A stretch of 64,000 nt of DNA from Lophium mytilinum (GCA_010093605.1 MU004194.1:1030323-1094322), one strand, 5' to 3'; shown: positions 24,782 through 36,896, numbered from the stretch's first letter. Notes: generated by a model not told the origin, from the sequence alone. Program-made: numbers and translations.

Positions 24782-25477
24782 GCCATGATGATTTAGATCA
24801 GCCACGAGCCGGAGCTGGTGGCCCAGTGCGTCGTGGACGCTTTCTCTAGCACGGCTCGCAGAATCACAGACCTCAACCCTCGAAAAGGGCCTCCTAAGCT
24901 GTGCCCCTAGCACGCCACCTTACCTTCTTCTTCAGCCATCTCAAGCTTCGGCGTGGGAGAGTGCTTCAAGAGAGGCGCGAATGTCTTCCGGCACCTGGAC
25001 ATTCGCGAGACCACCGGCGCCGAAGAGGCATGGCGGCCTCCACTCGAATAATACGTCAACGCATTGCGGAGCCAGTTCAAATATGATGTCGACCGCTTTC
25101 TTCCCCGACATTCCGTAACAGCCAAGACCGTTGAAGAGTCGATTCACAGAGCTCTCAGAGGGACTCGACCGGCCCTTATGTATTGGCAAGACGAAAGGCT
25201 TCTCCCCACCAATCCGACGACGCTCTCTCGGCCTCGGTATGTTCGCAGCTCGCCCGCGTGGCAAGAAGGGCGCTGCCTTCGAAACTGTCCTGTGTGCATG
25301 GCACGCGCCATGCCGCTGACAGGCGTGCGACAATGCTCGTGGCGAAGGGCCGTCGAACGGCTTCTGTGCTTCTTCGGGACGCAGAGAAGCGACTCTGCAG
25401 CCCGCCATGCCGTCTTGGCCCTTTCTCCCCGCATTCGCCCGGCCTATTCTTGTTACTACTGTCTGAGGCCACGCTGA
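24782..25477 (+). pseudogene. Degenerate gene with possible C-terminal MYND-like finger
   Basis: One frame reads as coherent protein but is interrupted by TAG 24794, TAG 24908 and TAA 25049. It ends CPVC...QCSWRRAV..LC...QRSD...RH, like a decayed MYND finger. Confidence 0.35.
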
Positions 25478-26056
25478 TCACTAGCATCGCTCAGACGTCC
25501 AGTGCTGCCCCTGCAGCCGGATTTCTACTCTCCAGTGCCATTGATTGGCGCTGTCCGCTAAAATCCACTCCGTGTTACGCCTTCTATCGCGTGAACCACG
25601 GCCTCACCTCGTTTGGGCCTGCTCGGGCGGGATGATCACGGAGACTTTTCCAGACTGGGTTGGTGCCGTGAAGGCGAACGGTAAGAGCAGAATCGATAGC
25701 ACCCTAAGCCCTAGATGCACTCAACCGTTGCTATAGTATGAGGGGTAGGGAGTTCATCGAAACCTTCTAGAGAAGACCGTGCCTCACCATTCCCCAAGTG
25801 CCTGGGACTATCTGCACATCGCGGTCACAGACCTCACCTTATCCACGCGGGTGGAGGCAGACGTGGCCTGGGGCCGGGCCTTTGAGACTGGTGGATATAT
25901 CTTGACCCCAGCCCCCCTAGACTCGGGTAGTAGGAAATACGAAGACCAGCTCTCTGCTGCAAAGCACATGCCATCTGCATTATCAATATACCCCCCCATC
26001 TTGTTATCCTAAAGCCATCCTTGAAGCTTTCGTTTCTTTCCTCTCCCTGACCCACC

Positions 26057-27564
26057 ATGCCTGGAGGCATCCACACTCCCCTCTCGGTCCTCCTGGCCTG
26101 GCCCAAACCCAACTTTGTGGATCCTGTGACAAGAAACTGGACGATTCCCGCCATTTTGATAGTCGCTTTGTCAATAACGACCCTTGTATTGGGTGCTCGC
26201 TTTTGGGCAAGATTCGTCATCCAGAAGAATGCAGGACTTGACGATTGGTTAATCATTGCTGCTCTGGTCAGTCCAAATGAGCTGCACTCTCTACTTGAAT
26301 ACACACTGACCTCTTAGCCTGGTGTATATGGACTCACTATTACTTCTTGTCTCGGTAAGGTGGACGCAGTGAACGCGACGTAGCCCATCGCTGACCAGAT
26401 CATGCAGGCGCAAGAATACTTGGGTTCCAGGTTCATTCATGGGATCACACACCAGAGCTTGCTGTGACAAGCCGTAAGGTAGGACGCAGATACGAAACTC
26501 GATATTCCCGTGCTTACAGCGCTGCAGGCAGTCGTGGCAATCGAACTGCTCTACATTTTTGCAGTTTTCCCGACGAAGATCTCCATTCTGTTCTTTTATC
26601 GACGAATGGCAGTTGGCAGCATATCCAAGAACTTCATTCTCTTGGTATGGGCCAGCATTGCCTTCGTCATTGCATATGCCGTTGTCTTTTTAATCGTCCT
26701 GCCCCTCACATGTACTCCCGTCAATGCCTTTTGGGATCAATTCGATTTCAGCCCCGGGGGATGGCCAGCGACGCACGAATTCCACTGCCATCCGGAGTAC
26801 AAATCGCTCTTTGCTGCATCTAGCATTAGCATGGTTCAAGACATCATAGCCGCCGTTATGCCCATCATGCTCCTCTGGAACCTCCAGCTTCCTCGTCGCC
26901 AGAAATTTGCGATCTACGGTATCTTTGCCCTCGGCTTGCTGTAAACTACACCCATATCACCCTCCATCCGTTCAATTATGCTAATAAAAGCACCAGAACC
27001 ACAATCTGCGGCGCAATGCGCATTTACTACGTACACTTCGTCTACTTCGAGACCTACGACATCTCCTGGGAATGTCTTCCAGGTTGGCTCTGGAGCTGCA
27101 TCGAAGTCGATCTCGCCGTCATCTGCGCATCGGCCCCGGCCCTCAAGGTCTTCTTCCGGCGCTACCTCAACATGTCCTCGCGCAGCGGCCGTAGCGGCCA
27201 CAGCATGGGGTATATCCAGAACCTCGACCGGCCGTCGGAAAACTCCCGTTCTCGCAACTGGAGTAACCAACTCCACTCCGCGTCATCACCGCTGCCGCCC
27301 GATGGTATCAAGGTGTCGACCGGCATGGATGTTACGATCGAGGATCGAGGGGATAGCACGTCGGATTTGGAGGCTGGCTCGACGAGGAGTAGCAAGGAGC
27401 TTACGAGTTTGCCGAATGTTGGCCATAGCAAGGCGCTGCCCAGTACGCCGAGGGACTCGAGACTGCAGACCGGGTCGAAGACGACGGTATTTGCGGCGTT
27501 TGGACCGAAAGATATGGGTGATGGGGAGTGGCAGGAGAGGGCTGGGAGGGGGTGGCGGCGGTAA
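26057..27564 (+). CDS. PTH11-like / fungal rhodopsin-domain integral membrane protein (no CFEM)
   Basis: MPGGIHTPLSVLLAWPKPNFVDP, RFWAR..GLDDWLI, TKISILFFYRR, CTPVNAFWD, QDIIAAVMP..LWNLQLPRRQK, IEVDLAVICASAPALK. Several short introns. Confidence 0.88.
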
Positions 27565-28429
27565 CGGACTTCCCTTTTTTACTGCGATTTAAAAAACATC
27601 GATGATATCTAATTAAGCTGCCAAATGAAACAATTATTGTATACCTTCTGGTCGAAGCTTGTGTCAACGCTCATGCTCGGCTAGCGGTATAGTTGGACCT
27701 GTTCAGAGACGCGGTCTTCTATATTATCCCGTATTCCACGACTGTATTCCATATATCATCATACGTGCTTGATCGCTACTAAGTACTGCATTTGGCGGGT
27801 TCCCCTCAATAGGAAGGAGCTGTCCACGAGTAGGTACTCCTAAAGCCCCCCCGCCCCCCACTCCCTCCCTAGATTACACGGTTACAAAGGGCACAATCTC
27901 TTCGGGCTTGTTTTGTACACTTGTGAAGCACTATCTAAAGTCCTCCAAAAGACCATTAAACACTTCGACCCCTATAATTTTGGCAAATCCGACAGTTCTC
28001 TCGACAACCCCAGACGATGTCGCACTGAGAAACGTCGAATAGCTCTGGCGTTTGAAGTCTAGTCCAGACTGCTTCCAAGAATTCCGAGATTCACACAATA
28101 CATTTGTCTGTCGACATTTGGTGATGAGCGTCCATTGAGCCCACAATCGACGAGAGAAATACCTAGCAATGGGGCCAATAATCTGCTATGGAGTGGGGTA
28201 ACACGGTGCCCTACCTAATTGGGTGGCCTACAAGCTAGACCTAACAGGGTCGCTACGTAGCTGTTTATAGTTTCGTCTTATCGATTAAACGGTAGCACAA
28301 CTCACATCAGCTCAGCTTCAGCTCCTGAGCTCTCCCGTAACACCAGCCTGCCCAACACTTGCAGCTTCATCAAACATTCACGGCAGAGTTTGTCCAATCA
28401 TCCTCCAATTGCAACCACGCCCATCCACC

Positions 28430-29326
28430 ATGTCGAAACGAGTCGCCCTCCTCCCGAAGCCCATCCCCTCGAACGAGGTCAACGTCGGCCAACTCCTCGT
28501 GCACCCCCTCCACCCCGAAATCGACGGCTTCTTTAGCGAGACGAAGGCCGCTGACGTCGACGAATTGAACGACTACTTCATCCAACTCCGCTACAAGGAC
28601 CTGTTCAGCGTGGACACCGAGGGCCGCTTCGCCCAGAATTTCGGCGCCAAGTTCGACCTTGGGCAAGTCTATCGGAAGCCCAACCTGCTGAGCGTGACGG
28701 TCGAACAGATGGTCCAGCGCGTCTCCAAGCATCCCTACGCCAGCTTCGCGACCGTGTGCGAGGACCCCGAGGCGCAGGCGTGGATCGCCGAGCTGGCGAA
28801 AGAAGAGAAGGCCTGCTACATCGTGCTCGGCATCACGGAGTTCAAGAACGCAGTGTTCAAGCGCGCGGTGCTTCAAGATGGTGGCGTGAGCAACCGGCTC
28901 AAGGAACAACCGATCGAAAAGGGGGCGAAAGTGCCACGGTCAGTGCGCCGAGACAGCACGCTGGGCTTGGGCACGGAGGCGCACCTCAGTGGCGTGTTCG
29001 GCATGGACGTGCGGCGTATCAAGGCCAGGGTCTCGAGGGTGCAGGAGCCGCATACTATCGAGGACCTGAAGTGGAATTGGATCTACTACGACTTGCCTGG
29101 CTCGCCGGGCTTGCAGCTCATGATTGGGCTTGGGGAGAGCTTGAAGGCGGAGGAGCTGCGATTGATGCTGGATCTGAGCGAGGAGGAATCGAAGACGAAC
29201 TTGGAGGTTATTTCGAGCTTGAGTATGGATGCGTTGCATGCTGCTGCGTCGCCGATGTTGAGGCCTAGCTCACCTGCACTGCGTGGTCGATCGCCGTCTC
29301 CAAATCCGGCCACTATGCGGCTATGA
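28430..29326 (+). CDS. Putative fungal gasdermin-like protein
   Basis: Intronless 298-aa ORF whose motif order (VNVGQLLVHP, beta-rich segment, FATVCEDPEAQAWI, CYIVLGITEFKNA, GVFGMDVRRI) parallels RCD-1/HET-Q1-type gasdermins. Product is inferred by eye. Confidence 0.6.
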   Translation: MSKRVALLPKPIPSNEVNVGQLLVHPLHPEIDGFFSETKAADVDELNDYFIQLRYKDLFSVDTEGRFAQNFGAKFDLGQVYRKPNLLSVTVEQMVQRVSKHPYASFATVCEDPEAQAWIAELAKEEKACYIVLGITEFKNAVFKRAVLQDGGVSNRLKEQPIEKGAKVPRSVRRDSTLGLGTEAHLSGVFGMDVRRIKARVSRVQEPHTIEDLKWNWIYYDLPGSPGLQLMIGLGESLKAEELRLMLDLSEEESKTNLEVISSLSMDALHAAASPMLRPSSPALRGRSPSPNPATMRL

Positions 29327-31048
29327 TTGGTTTCAGGGACTACGAAGAGATACAGGGAGCTCTAAGCAAGGGGCATAGGAAGGAGCAACGGGAGAGGTCT
29401 TCAAAGGGTTATGGGAGAACAATATGCACCGCGTTGAGCGTCTGCACTGGGGACTAATGAGCAATATTCTGGGTTTTACGGCGTTCTGGCACTTCCACTC
29501 TGGCGAGCATCAAGTCTGTATAGGGCGACCCGTTCTATACCCAATGACATCCTCCAATCTTTGGACTCTCATTTACCGCTGCATGGAGTGCCTCATACTA
29601 TTCTCCGCATTCCGAATGTGAGCGGAATTCGGCAATTGGGACAATTAGGAAACTTGCGAGGCTACCCCAGTCTGCCAGACAGCTCCAGCAGGGTATAGCC
29701 AGACTGGAAATGTACACACAGCTCTCATGCCCGTTCTTTTTACAGTGCCTTGAGTTCTGGGTACCCTTGGTCATCGCCGTTGGGGTGCGCCGTGGCCTCC
29801 CAAAAACAGAACTGGCAACATGTAAAGCCTTCGCAAGCTTCAATTAGAGGGATTCCACTCGCTGAAAGTCGACAGACTTGCCGCTGTTTAAAGTGCCCCA
29901 GCACCTCATCCTAAACCGAGACTAGATGAAAAATAGCCTGTGTCCTGGTACGCTTTCCACCACCACCAGGAATAGTAAGGCTACCAGAGGGCTAGCCAGT
30001 CAAAACGCGGCTCACATTCCGCTTTCTAAAACTTGACTTCGCTCCTATATTAGAGGAATCCCGTAGAGAGTGTGCACAGCAAGCTTCAACATATTCCTCT
30101 CGCCAAACGTCATGGTATTGTGGGCCATCGGCCATCCCAGCCCCCTGTCGCTAAATTAACACGTCAACCCTCATACGATGGATTTGCAACCTTCGCACCG
30201 TAGCCTTCCGAAGATATTAAAACCGTGATTTCGCAGTCCTAGACAGCAACTGCGCCAGGTATTATGCCACGCTTGACCATCTTTTAACGTCCTTGAAAGA
30301 AGTTTTTTTGGGCTATTATATCCTACCACCTAGAATCTCTTAGCCCTGACTTCATACCAAAGGCTACTATATTACTAGCGAAAGTTCGCCTCGTTCTATG
30401 GCTTGTCCCAATCCTGGTGTTCTTTGTCGGCCATGGGAACTCTTCGAGCTTGTTCGCGATCTGGTGCTTGAGCCCTTCCACCGCAGGAAGCCATCTGGGA
30501 GGCCGTGTGCTACAAAGAGTGCTGTATTGGAAGGACAATAAAAGGAATGCATTGCATGGTGCTATCTGTGAGTTGGTATATCGCCATAGATCTGAGTGTG
30601 GGCTAACGAGCAAAGCCTATACCGTCGGATTAAAATCGTTTTCGAGACAGCCGCGAAGGAGTTCTGGTTTAGGATTTGTAGGCAGCTACTCCTGATATTT
30701 ATCTTCTTTGACAGTCGTGAGGCGTCTCCGTATGTTTACCGTATACGCAGCAGTAGCACAAGAGCAGTAAAATTCAAAATGTGTGGTCTATTTTCATTGA
30801 AGCTGTGTTGTGTATCTGAAGAGAAGGAAACGATGGCCCTTGCGGAGCACCCAGTGTCCCGCCAGGTGAATAGACTGAATGGTCCACGGCCGCTCGCAAT
30901 AGAAGGCCGATAGTAGCCACCAGAAGCGCCAGTTCACCTATATCTACACCCTCCAAATCCAGTTCCACAGCCTGCATCACACCTACAACCTCTCGAATCT
31001 CTACAACACGAACTCTCTTTTCACACTTCCTCGCAGCATACAGACATC

Positions 31049-32018
31049 ATGTCGGGCAACCAAGAGCCAACAATGGAGGAAAAGATGCAAGCCCGCGAGG
31101 CCGAGGTGCGGGCTTTGCTAGCCAGCTCGCCGGAAGCCCAGCAGGAACTGCAGAGACTGGCCGCCGAGAGGATCGCCAGCGTCCTCGGCCAGGCCACGAC
31201 GACGGGTGGCTCTTCGCGTGCTGCTGCTACGATTGGTGATTCTTCGCGTGTTGTTGCCACGGAGGGAGGCGCCGACGAGCAGCAGGCCGGTGTGCAAGCC
31301 GAGCAGCAGACGACAGGTACAAGTCCATCCCTTCTAAGTAACAATCATAGATCTAACTCCAACTCTTCCAGTGCATGAAGCCCTAGGTGCAGCAGCCCAG
31401 GCCATAGAGCAGCAGCAGACGTCAGGTACAGTGAAATCCATCTCTTCTAAAATTTTAACCATAGATCTAACTCTAGTTCTTATAGGACAAGAGGTCCTGG
31501 ATGCGGCAGCCCAAGCCGTGAGGCCCATGGGTAATCCATATGATCTGTATCACCACGTGAAGCTTAGCACTCATCTAGTTGACTTCTTGAAGTCGACGGT
31601 GATGATCCTCAAGGTTTCCGAGTGGGACCAGCTCATTATGGCGCCGATCCCTGGCCACGTTATCGTGCTCGCGATGACTAGTAACGACACTTGTGTTCCC
31701 ATCTGTGTGGCGGACTCGTCGCTGCTTCATGCCAAGGAAGTTTCTGGCTACGCGCAGGGCCCTGCCGACGGTCCTAGCCACCAGCACCAGCACGCGGAGT
31801 CCAGTGGAAAGGGAAAAGAACCCGCTGGTGTTCAGTCCGAGGGCGCAGTTGAGGGTCCAGCGGTCGGAGGCCCCGCTGTCCTTCAAGCGGAGGGTGCTGG
31901 CGAGGGTGCTGGTCAACATGCCAACGAGGGTGACGCCGCGGGTGCCACGACCTCCATGCAGCCTGAGGACGACGGAGACCAGGAGGGACTCTCCTCCCAG
32001 GAAGCGAACAACGAGTAG
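31049..32018 (+). CDS. Orphan Ala/Glu/Gln-rich protein (three exons)
   Basis: ATG at 31049; phase-1 introns 31317-31371 and 31426-31485 with CTAAC branch sites give one continuous frame to TAG at 32018. Confidence 0.6.
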
Positions 32019-32820
32019 AGCAATCTACACTCTACGAGTCAACCAAGTAAGCGATATCAATAACCGCATGCTTTCAAATCAACACCTTACTTACTCTGGT
32101 ATAGGAACTGTCTAACACCGTCTGAAAGCCCCCAGCACATGTTTATTTCCCCCCCGAAACGCAACGACTACTAGACGCTAGATCGACCTGTGGGATAGAG
32201 AACTGGAAAAACGGACTTGATATCTTGGTTACAAAAAGAACGGAGCTGAATTGGACTGTCTGCTGAGGAGACTTTGGAATGACAATGGAAGTCTATACCT
32301 CACCAAAAGTCTGTTTTCACTTGCCTGCCACTGTCTGGCATGGCTCAACACATCACAGAAAAAACTCACCTTGAACCAGTGCAGACGTCGTGAATGAAAC
32401 ACAGTGCAAAAGAAGTCGTGAAGTCGCTAAGTGCGGGGAACCGCTCCCCGCAACCTGCCTTTCTTGCCTCATCTGGAAGGTCAGGCCTCCAGGGTAAGCT
32501 TCCACGGACCATCGGAGTACCGAGTCTGATTGGAGAGCAACTGAGCTCGAATAAGAGCCATATCTAGTATAGGACTTCCTAACCCCACCTTTGGACCCGA
32601 TATCACGTCACTTAGCGGCCGATGAGCAACGCGGCAGGCACGGGTAGGTTTATTAAGGCGTTGCTTCCCAAATATCGAGGTGAGGATTTTACATACTTGC
32701 TTATACAGATCATTGAAACCGTTCGAGTTACTACAGTAGTTGTTCATAGCCTGTCGTTCTGCCTTTAGAACATCGTCAACACCAAGTCGAGGTTTGCCAC
32801 CAGCCGCCACCACACTCAAA

Positions 32821-34004
32821 ATGGATCCACCACCAAGGAAGATAGATCTAAGCGGGACACCACGTGAGGTGAATGCTCTACTCTCAACTTCCTCGTTGTA
32901 ATGCTGAAACCATGGCCCCAGATCGGCCTCAAACACGGCGAACTTCTCACCACCGAAATCCGCCGCCAAATCGAGACCTACGACGCCATGTTTCAGCAAA
33001 CCTCCAAGCTCGATTGGCCCGCCGTGCGCGAAGTCGCAAAAGAGTACCGCTCAACCATCGAACGTCTGACTCCAGATATCTACACCGAAATGGTTGGGAT
33101 AGCCGACGGCGCTGACCTCGACATCCTCGATATCGTCGCGCTGAACTGCCGGAGCGAGATCGCATTAGGGTTGTTCTCGGACGGGTGCTCGAGTCTGGGG
33201 TGGAAGGTGGCAGGCGATGGGACGGTGCTGGCGCAGAATTGGGACTGGACGAAAAGGGTCAAGCCAAATTTGGTAATGATGTCGATTAAGCAGGTGGACA
33301 AGCCGACGATTTATATGGTTACGGAGGTAAGTTGAGTATTTGTTTTAATTGGTGGTGTTCGAGGTTGATTTGTATAGGCTGGTATCGTTGGAAAGATTGG
33401 CTTCAACTCGCTGTCAGTAGGCACATTGTTGAACGCTGTGCGAGCTCGTCCGACCATTCCTTCGAAAGTCCCGATTCATGTAGCACTCCGAGTCTGTCTC
33501 AACTCGGTTTCGGCTGCAGCGGCTATCGCAGAGTTAGAGACGCTGGGAGGTGTAGCAAGCTCGCAGCACATCCTCATCGCAGACAATGACGGCCCGATTG
33601 GTCTGGAGGTATCGCCACATGGCAGTGTTCACCTCAAGCCGGACAGCAATGGCATTGTGGTTCACACGAACCATTTCATCGAGAACCGCTTAGTCGACGA
33701 GCGGCCGTGGCTTGCGGGATCGCCCATTCGCCTCGAGAGAATGAAGAAGCTTACGAGCGAGCTGGTTTCAAGTGGGGAGGCTCCTAAAGGAGACGTGTTA
33801 CGACAGAAAGTGTTCTCTGACACCTTCAACGCGCCACAAGCCATCTGCTGTAAGGAAGATCCGTCGAGGCCTTTGCCAACCCGGAGTAGCACGTTGTTTT
33901 GTATTGTCATGAACTTCGCGAAGGGCATAAAGCCAAGCGCTGAGCTGGTATGGGGTATGCCGGGAAGTGGAGATGAGGGCGGGGTGTTGAGTATGCCATG
34001 GTAG
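32821..34004 (+). CDS. Peptidase C45 / acyl-CoA:6-APA acyltransferase-like Ntn hydrolase (IAL-like)
   Basis: MDPPPRKIDLSGTPRE|IGLKHG, EMVGIADGA..LDIVALNCRSEI, autocleavage site DG|CS, AQNWDW, TEAGIVGKIGFNS, HTNHF. Introns 32869-32921 and about 33327-33377. Confidence 0.9.
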
Positions 34005-34217
34005 ATGGTTGGAAGATGCGAATTTTGGCGCGTAGAGGTGGGAGATGAGATGGCACGGACGCTGATCAGCCTCTCCCTCACTGACCAGCGCCCAACATGA
34101 ACTCAAAGAGGAATTCTAGACCAGCAATAGTCATCTTGAAAGTTTGATATTTTGGCGAGTAACTTCCCAATTAACGAAGAACTGTGGCCGACTTCCAAGA
34201 AGGCTACTACCCATTCT

Positions 34218-35333
34218 TCAGGGACGCGGAATAATTGCATCCCAAGCCACGCTGCCTCCTTCGACAGCTCCTGAGAACCAGTTTCCAAGCTTGAGTTCTT
34301 CGAGATCAGCGTCAAAGCTAAACTGCTTCCCTCGAGGTACGCTAGGGTCTATAATTCTGGGTTCTACCGCAACGCCCTCAACATTCTTGCTCTTCCACCA
34401 CTTAGCAATCTCCGCATTGATGTCGACCTCTAGAACAAACGGACTGTTCGCCTGCAGTACTACTGCGACCTGAAAATCCAATGGTAATCCCGCTTTGCTG
34501 TCTTCGTTCTCGGCCATTGTCCATATGCATTTCGACCGTGGAGTTCCTCTGGCGGAGCCTTCAATTCGCATATAGTGATCCACGATCCGATCATGGGTCT
34601 TCTCAGCCGACGGCGTGATGGAGAAGTAGCCACCCGGGGCCTGGAGCGGTGCTGATAGTCCAAGAGTCCAATGCGATTCGCCTTTGCTATAACCTCCATA
34701 AGCAGTCCGAGGTGCATGGAAAGCGACAACCGGAGTACCGTCCTTCTTGGCCTTGGATGCCTTAGCAGAAGTGAAGCTGCAAGACAGCCGTGCGTTCTTG
34801 AAGCGATGGCTAAGAGCAGGATGAAATGTGAACTGGAGTATGACAAGGCAAGCCGGACTCCTGCTGCCGTATTTGTGTGCTGGTTGGATAGTTGTGATCT
34901 CGCAGGATATGTAACAAGACGACACTTCGATTTCAAAGAGAGGGTCGTTCCAGTCTCTGTCCACAGCCGGGCGTGTGACAGGGGAGGCGACACGTCGGCT
35001 CATAGGAATTGGAAGAGAGTATGAAATCGACTGTGGGACTCCCTCTTCGGTTTCCAGAGAACTCGGGTCTATGATGATGTCGTCTGAATATGGAATTGTG
35101 AATTCTCCGTCGTTACTCTCGATAACATCGACATCCGTCTCAACTTCCAAAATCTCGTCTTCGGTCGAAGCCGGTTCGCCATCATCCTTGAAGTGGATTT
35201 CGAACGGTTCCAATTTGGGACCTGGATTTCCTTCATGATGTTTACTGGGATAAAAGAGCCACATATAAACGACAAACGCTATGAGGAGTGAAACAAGAAC
35301 AGCGGAAATAGTGGGCGCAGCAGGATGCCGCAT
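34218..35333 (-). CDS. Hypothetical membrane-anchored protein with beta-rich domain
   Basis: 371-aa intronless ORF: N-terminal TM (AVLVSLLIAFVVYMWLFY), acidic linker, domain ACLVILQFTF..RFKNARLSCSF..WTMAENEDSKAGLP..VAVVL. Confidence 0.7.
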   Translation of the reverse strand: MRHPAAPTISAVLVSLLIAFVVYMWLFYPSKHHEGNPGPKLEPFEIHFKDDGEPASTEDEILEVETDVDVIESNDGEFTIPYSDDIIIDPSSLETEEGVPQSISYSLPIPMSRRVASPVTRPAVDRDWNDPLFEIEVSSCYISCEITTIQPAHKYGSRSPACLVILQFTFHPALSHRFKNARLSCSFTSAKASKAKKDGTPVVAFHAPRTAYGGYSKGESHWTLGLSAPLQAPGGYFSITPSAEKTHDRIVDHYMRIEGSARGTPRSKCIWTMAENEDSKAGLPLDFQVAVVLQANSPFVLEVDINAEIAKWWKSKNVEGVAVEPRIIDPSVPRGKQFSFDADLEELKLGNWFSGAVEGGSVAWDAIIPRP

Positions 35334-36293
35334 CTTGGGATTAGGAAAGCCGATAGAACAAGGTTCGTGGTCGACATAAAAAGAACGCCAGCGCTATCAA
35401 AAGAGGACTCTGTCACCCTGGACGAGTTTTGGTGTTTTGCGAACTAGATTGCAAGGGTTGGGAGGGACCGGGGCTCAAGATATCGAGAGGTCTTCGCAGT
35501 GTTACGTCATCTACACCGCCGACCGCTTCCCCACACAAATTGTACACTTTGCTTTTGTTCATCCATCTCAACATATCATCAATCTCTAGCAAAGTTCTCT
35601 AGCATAATTCTCTGGCACACCTACACTCTCGCGAACACCTTCATTTCAAAGTTATCAATTCATTCAATACAAGCCCAGATCCACTTAGGCTAACTAACGT
35701 AGGTCACGTGCCGCGCGAAGAAGCCGTGCAAGTTCAACAACAGTCTTTTGAGGCAAATATTTAGTGCGTAATTTCTGATTCCAGTGTCTGATTTCCCTAG
35801 TACGGTCGTTTACATTGGCGTAAAGAGGTGTTCGAAAAAAGAGCACCTCAGCCCTGAAGGATAAAGATGAAATTAATTTCGTGAATCATCGTCTCCGTAA
35901 GCAGTCGTCTGGACCTTGGACTACACAACCTCATATCCGTGTATTCTGTCGGTGTTAAGCAAGTTCAGCTGTGGGAATGGTAGTTCTAAAGAGGGAACAA
36001 GTGGTATTTCCTGGTATCTGCTCAGAGTCAACCATGGAAGACACCTCTCGGCCCTATGGCTCTATATCTATCTAATCATTCTCATTGCTTCGCTTCCAAG
36101 AAAAACTATCTGCGGCCACGTCTTCTAACTCTCCTCTTGTACATTATACCTATATAAGGAGCACCCACCCGCCTACAAAATTCTTGTCATCTCATCTCAA
36201 ATATTACCAACTCATCCACCATCACCAACTTATCCAACATCACCACCTCATCAAAATTCTCCAACTCCCCCAACATCCTCCAACCCCACCAAA

Positions 36294-36704
36294 ATGGTCA
36301 AACTCTCATATCTCGGCCTCATCGCCGCCGCCATTCTCAACATCACCACCGGCCACCTCCTCCCAATCTCAACCCCAACGCCCACCCTAATGGTCACCAC
36401 CACGACCACCCCCTCCACCCCCCTCATGGCCCCTACCACCCCCCTCGAAGCACGCCAGCTCGTCCCAACGCGCACCACCTTTGTCACCATTACCGTCCAT
36501 GACAAAGGTTGCAAGACAACCCCACACCCGCTGGGTCCAACTTTCACTTGGGAGGCGCCCTATACTTTTCACAAACACACCAAGTCCGCGGGCTGGGTTT
36601 TCAAGAAACCTGGGCGGCGGCCGGAAATGGTGACGTTTACGTGGCCCTTTCAGCCTAAGTTCACGAAGGATACGAGTCCGGAAAACGGGTATATTGGGCC
36701 CTAG
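36294..36704 (+). CDS. Small secreted Thr/Pro-rich protein
   Basis: TATA (tatataa at about 36151), C/A-rich leader, signal peptide MVKLSYLGLIAAAILNITTG, LEAR-Q propeptide-like site. Confidence 0.7.
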   Translation: MVKLSYLGLIAAAILNITTGHLLPISTPTPTLMVTTTTTPSTPLMAPTTPLEARQLVPTRTTFVTITVHDKGCKTTPHPLGPTFTWEAPYTFHKHTKSAGWVFKKPGRRPEMVTFTWPFQPKFTKDTSPENGYIGP

Positions 36705-36807
36705 GCGGGGGGTCTGCTTGCACGCGCCGTGTAAGCGGCCTACAGCCCCAGTGAGGGCCCTCCGCGTCCCAAAAAGGCTTGTATAGACCGCTACGTTTTG
36801 AGCGTTC

Positions 36808-36896
36808 CGGTTGCTTTGGGGAGTTGTTTAGGGGAGTTCTGGTTGCTTAGGGGAATTGTTTGGGGAAGTTCTGGTTGCTTCGGGGAGTTGTTTAGT
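36808..36896. repeat. Minisatellite, about 31-bp unit, nearly 3 copies
   Basis: ggttgctttggggagttgtttaggggagttct / ggttgcttaggggaattgtttggggaagttct / ggttgcttcggggagttgttta. Confidence 0.75.

Noticed and set aside
32821..34004. Penicillin biosynthesis cluster (penDE)
   Set aside because: No ACV synthetase or isopenicillin N synthase in the window; stand-alone C45/IAL-like homologs are common in ascomycetes.
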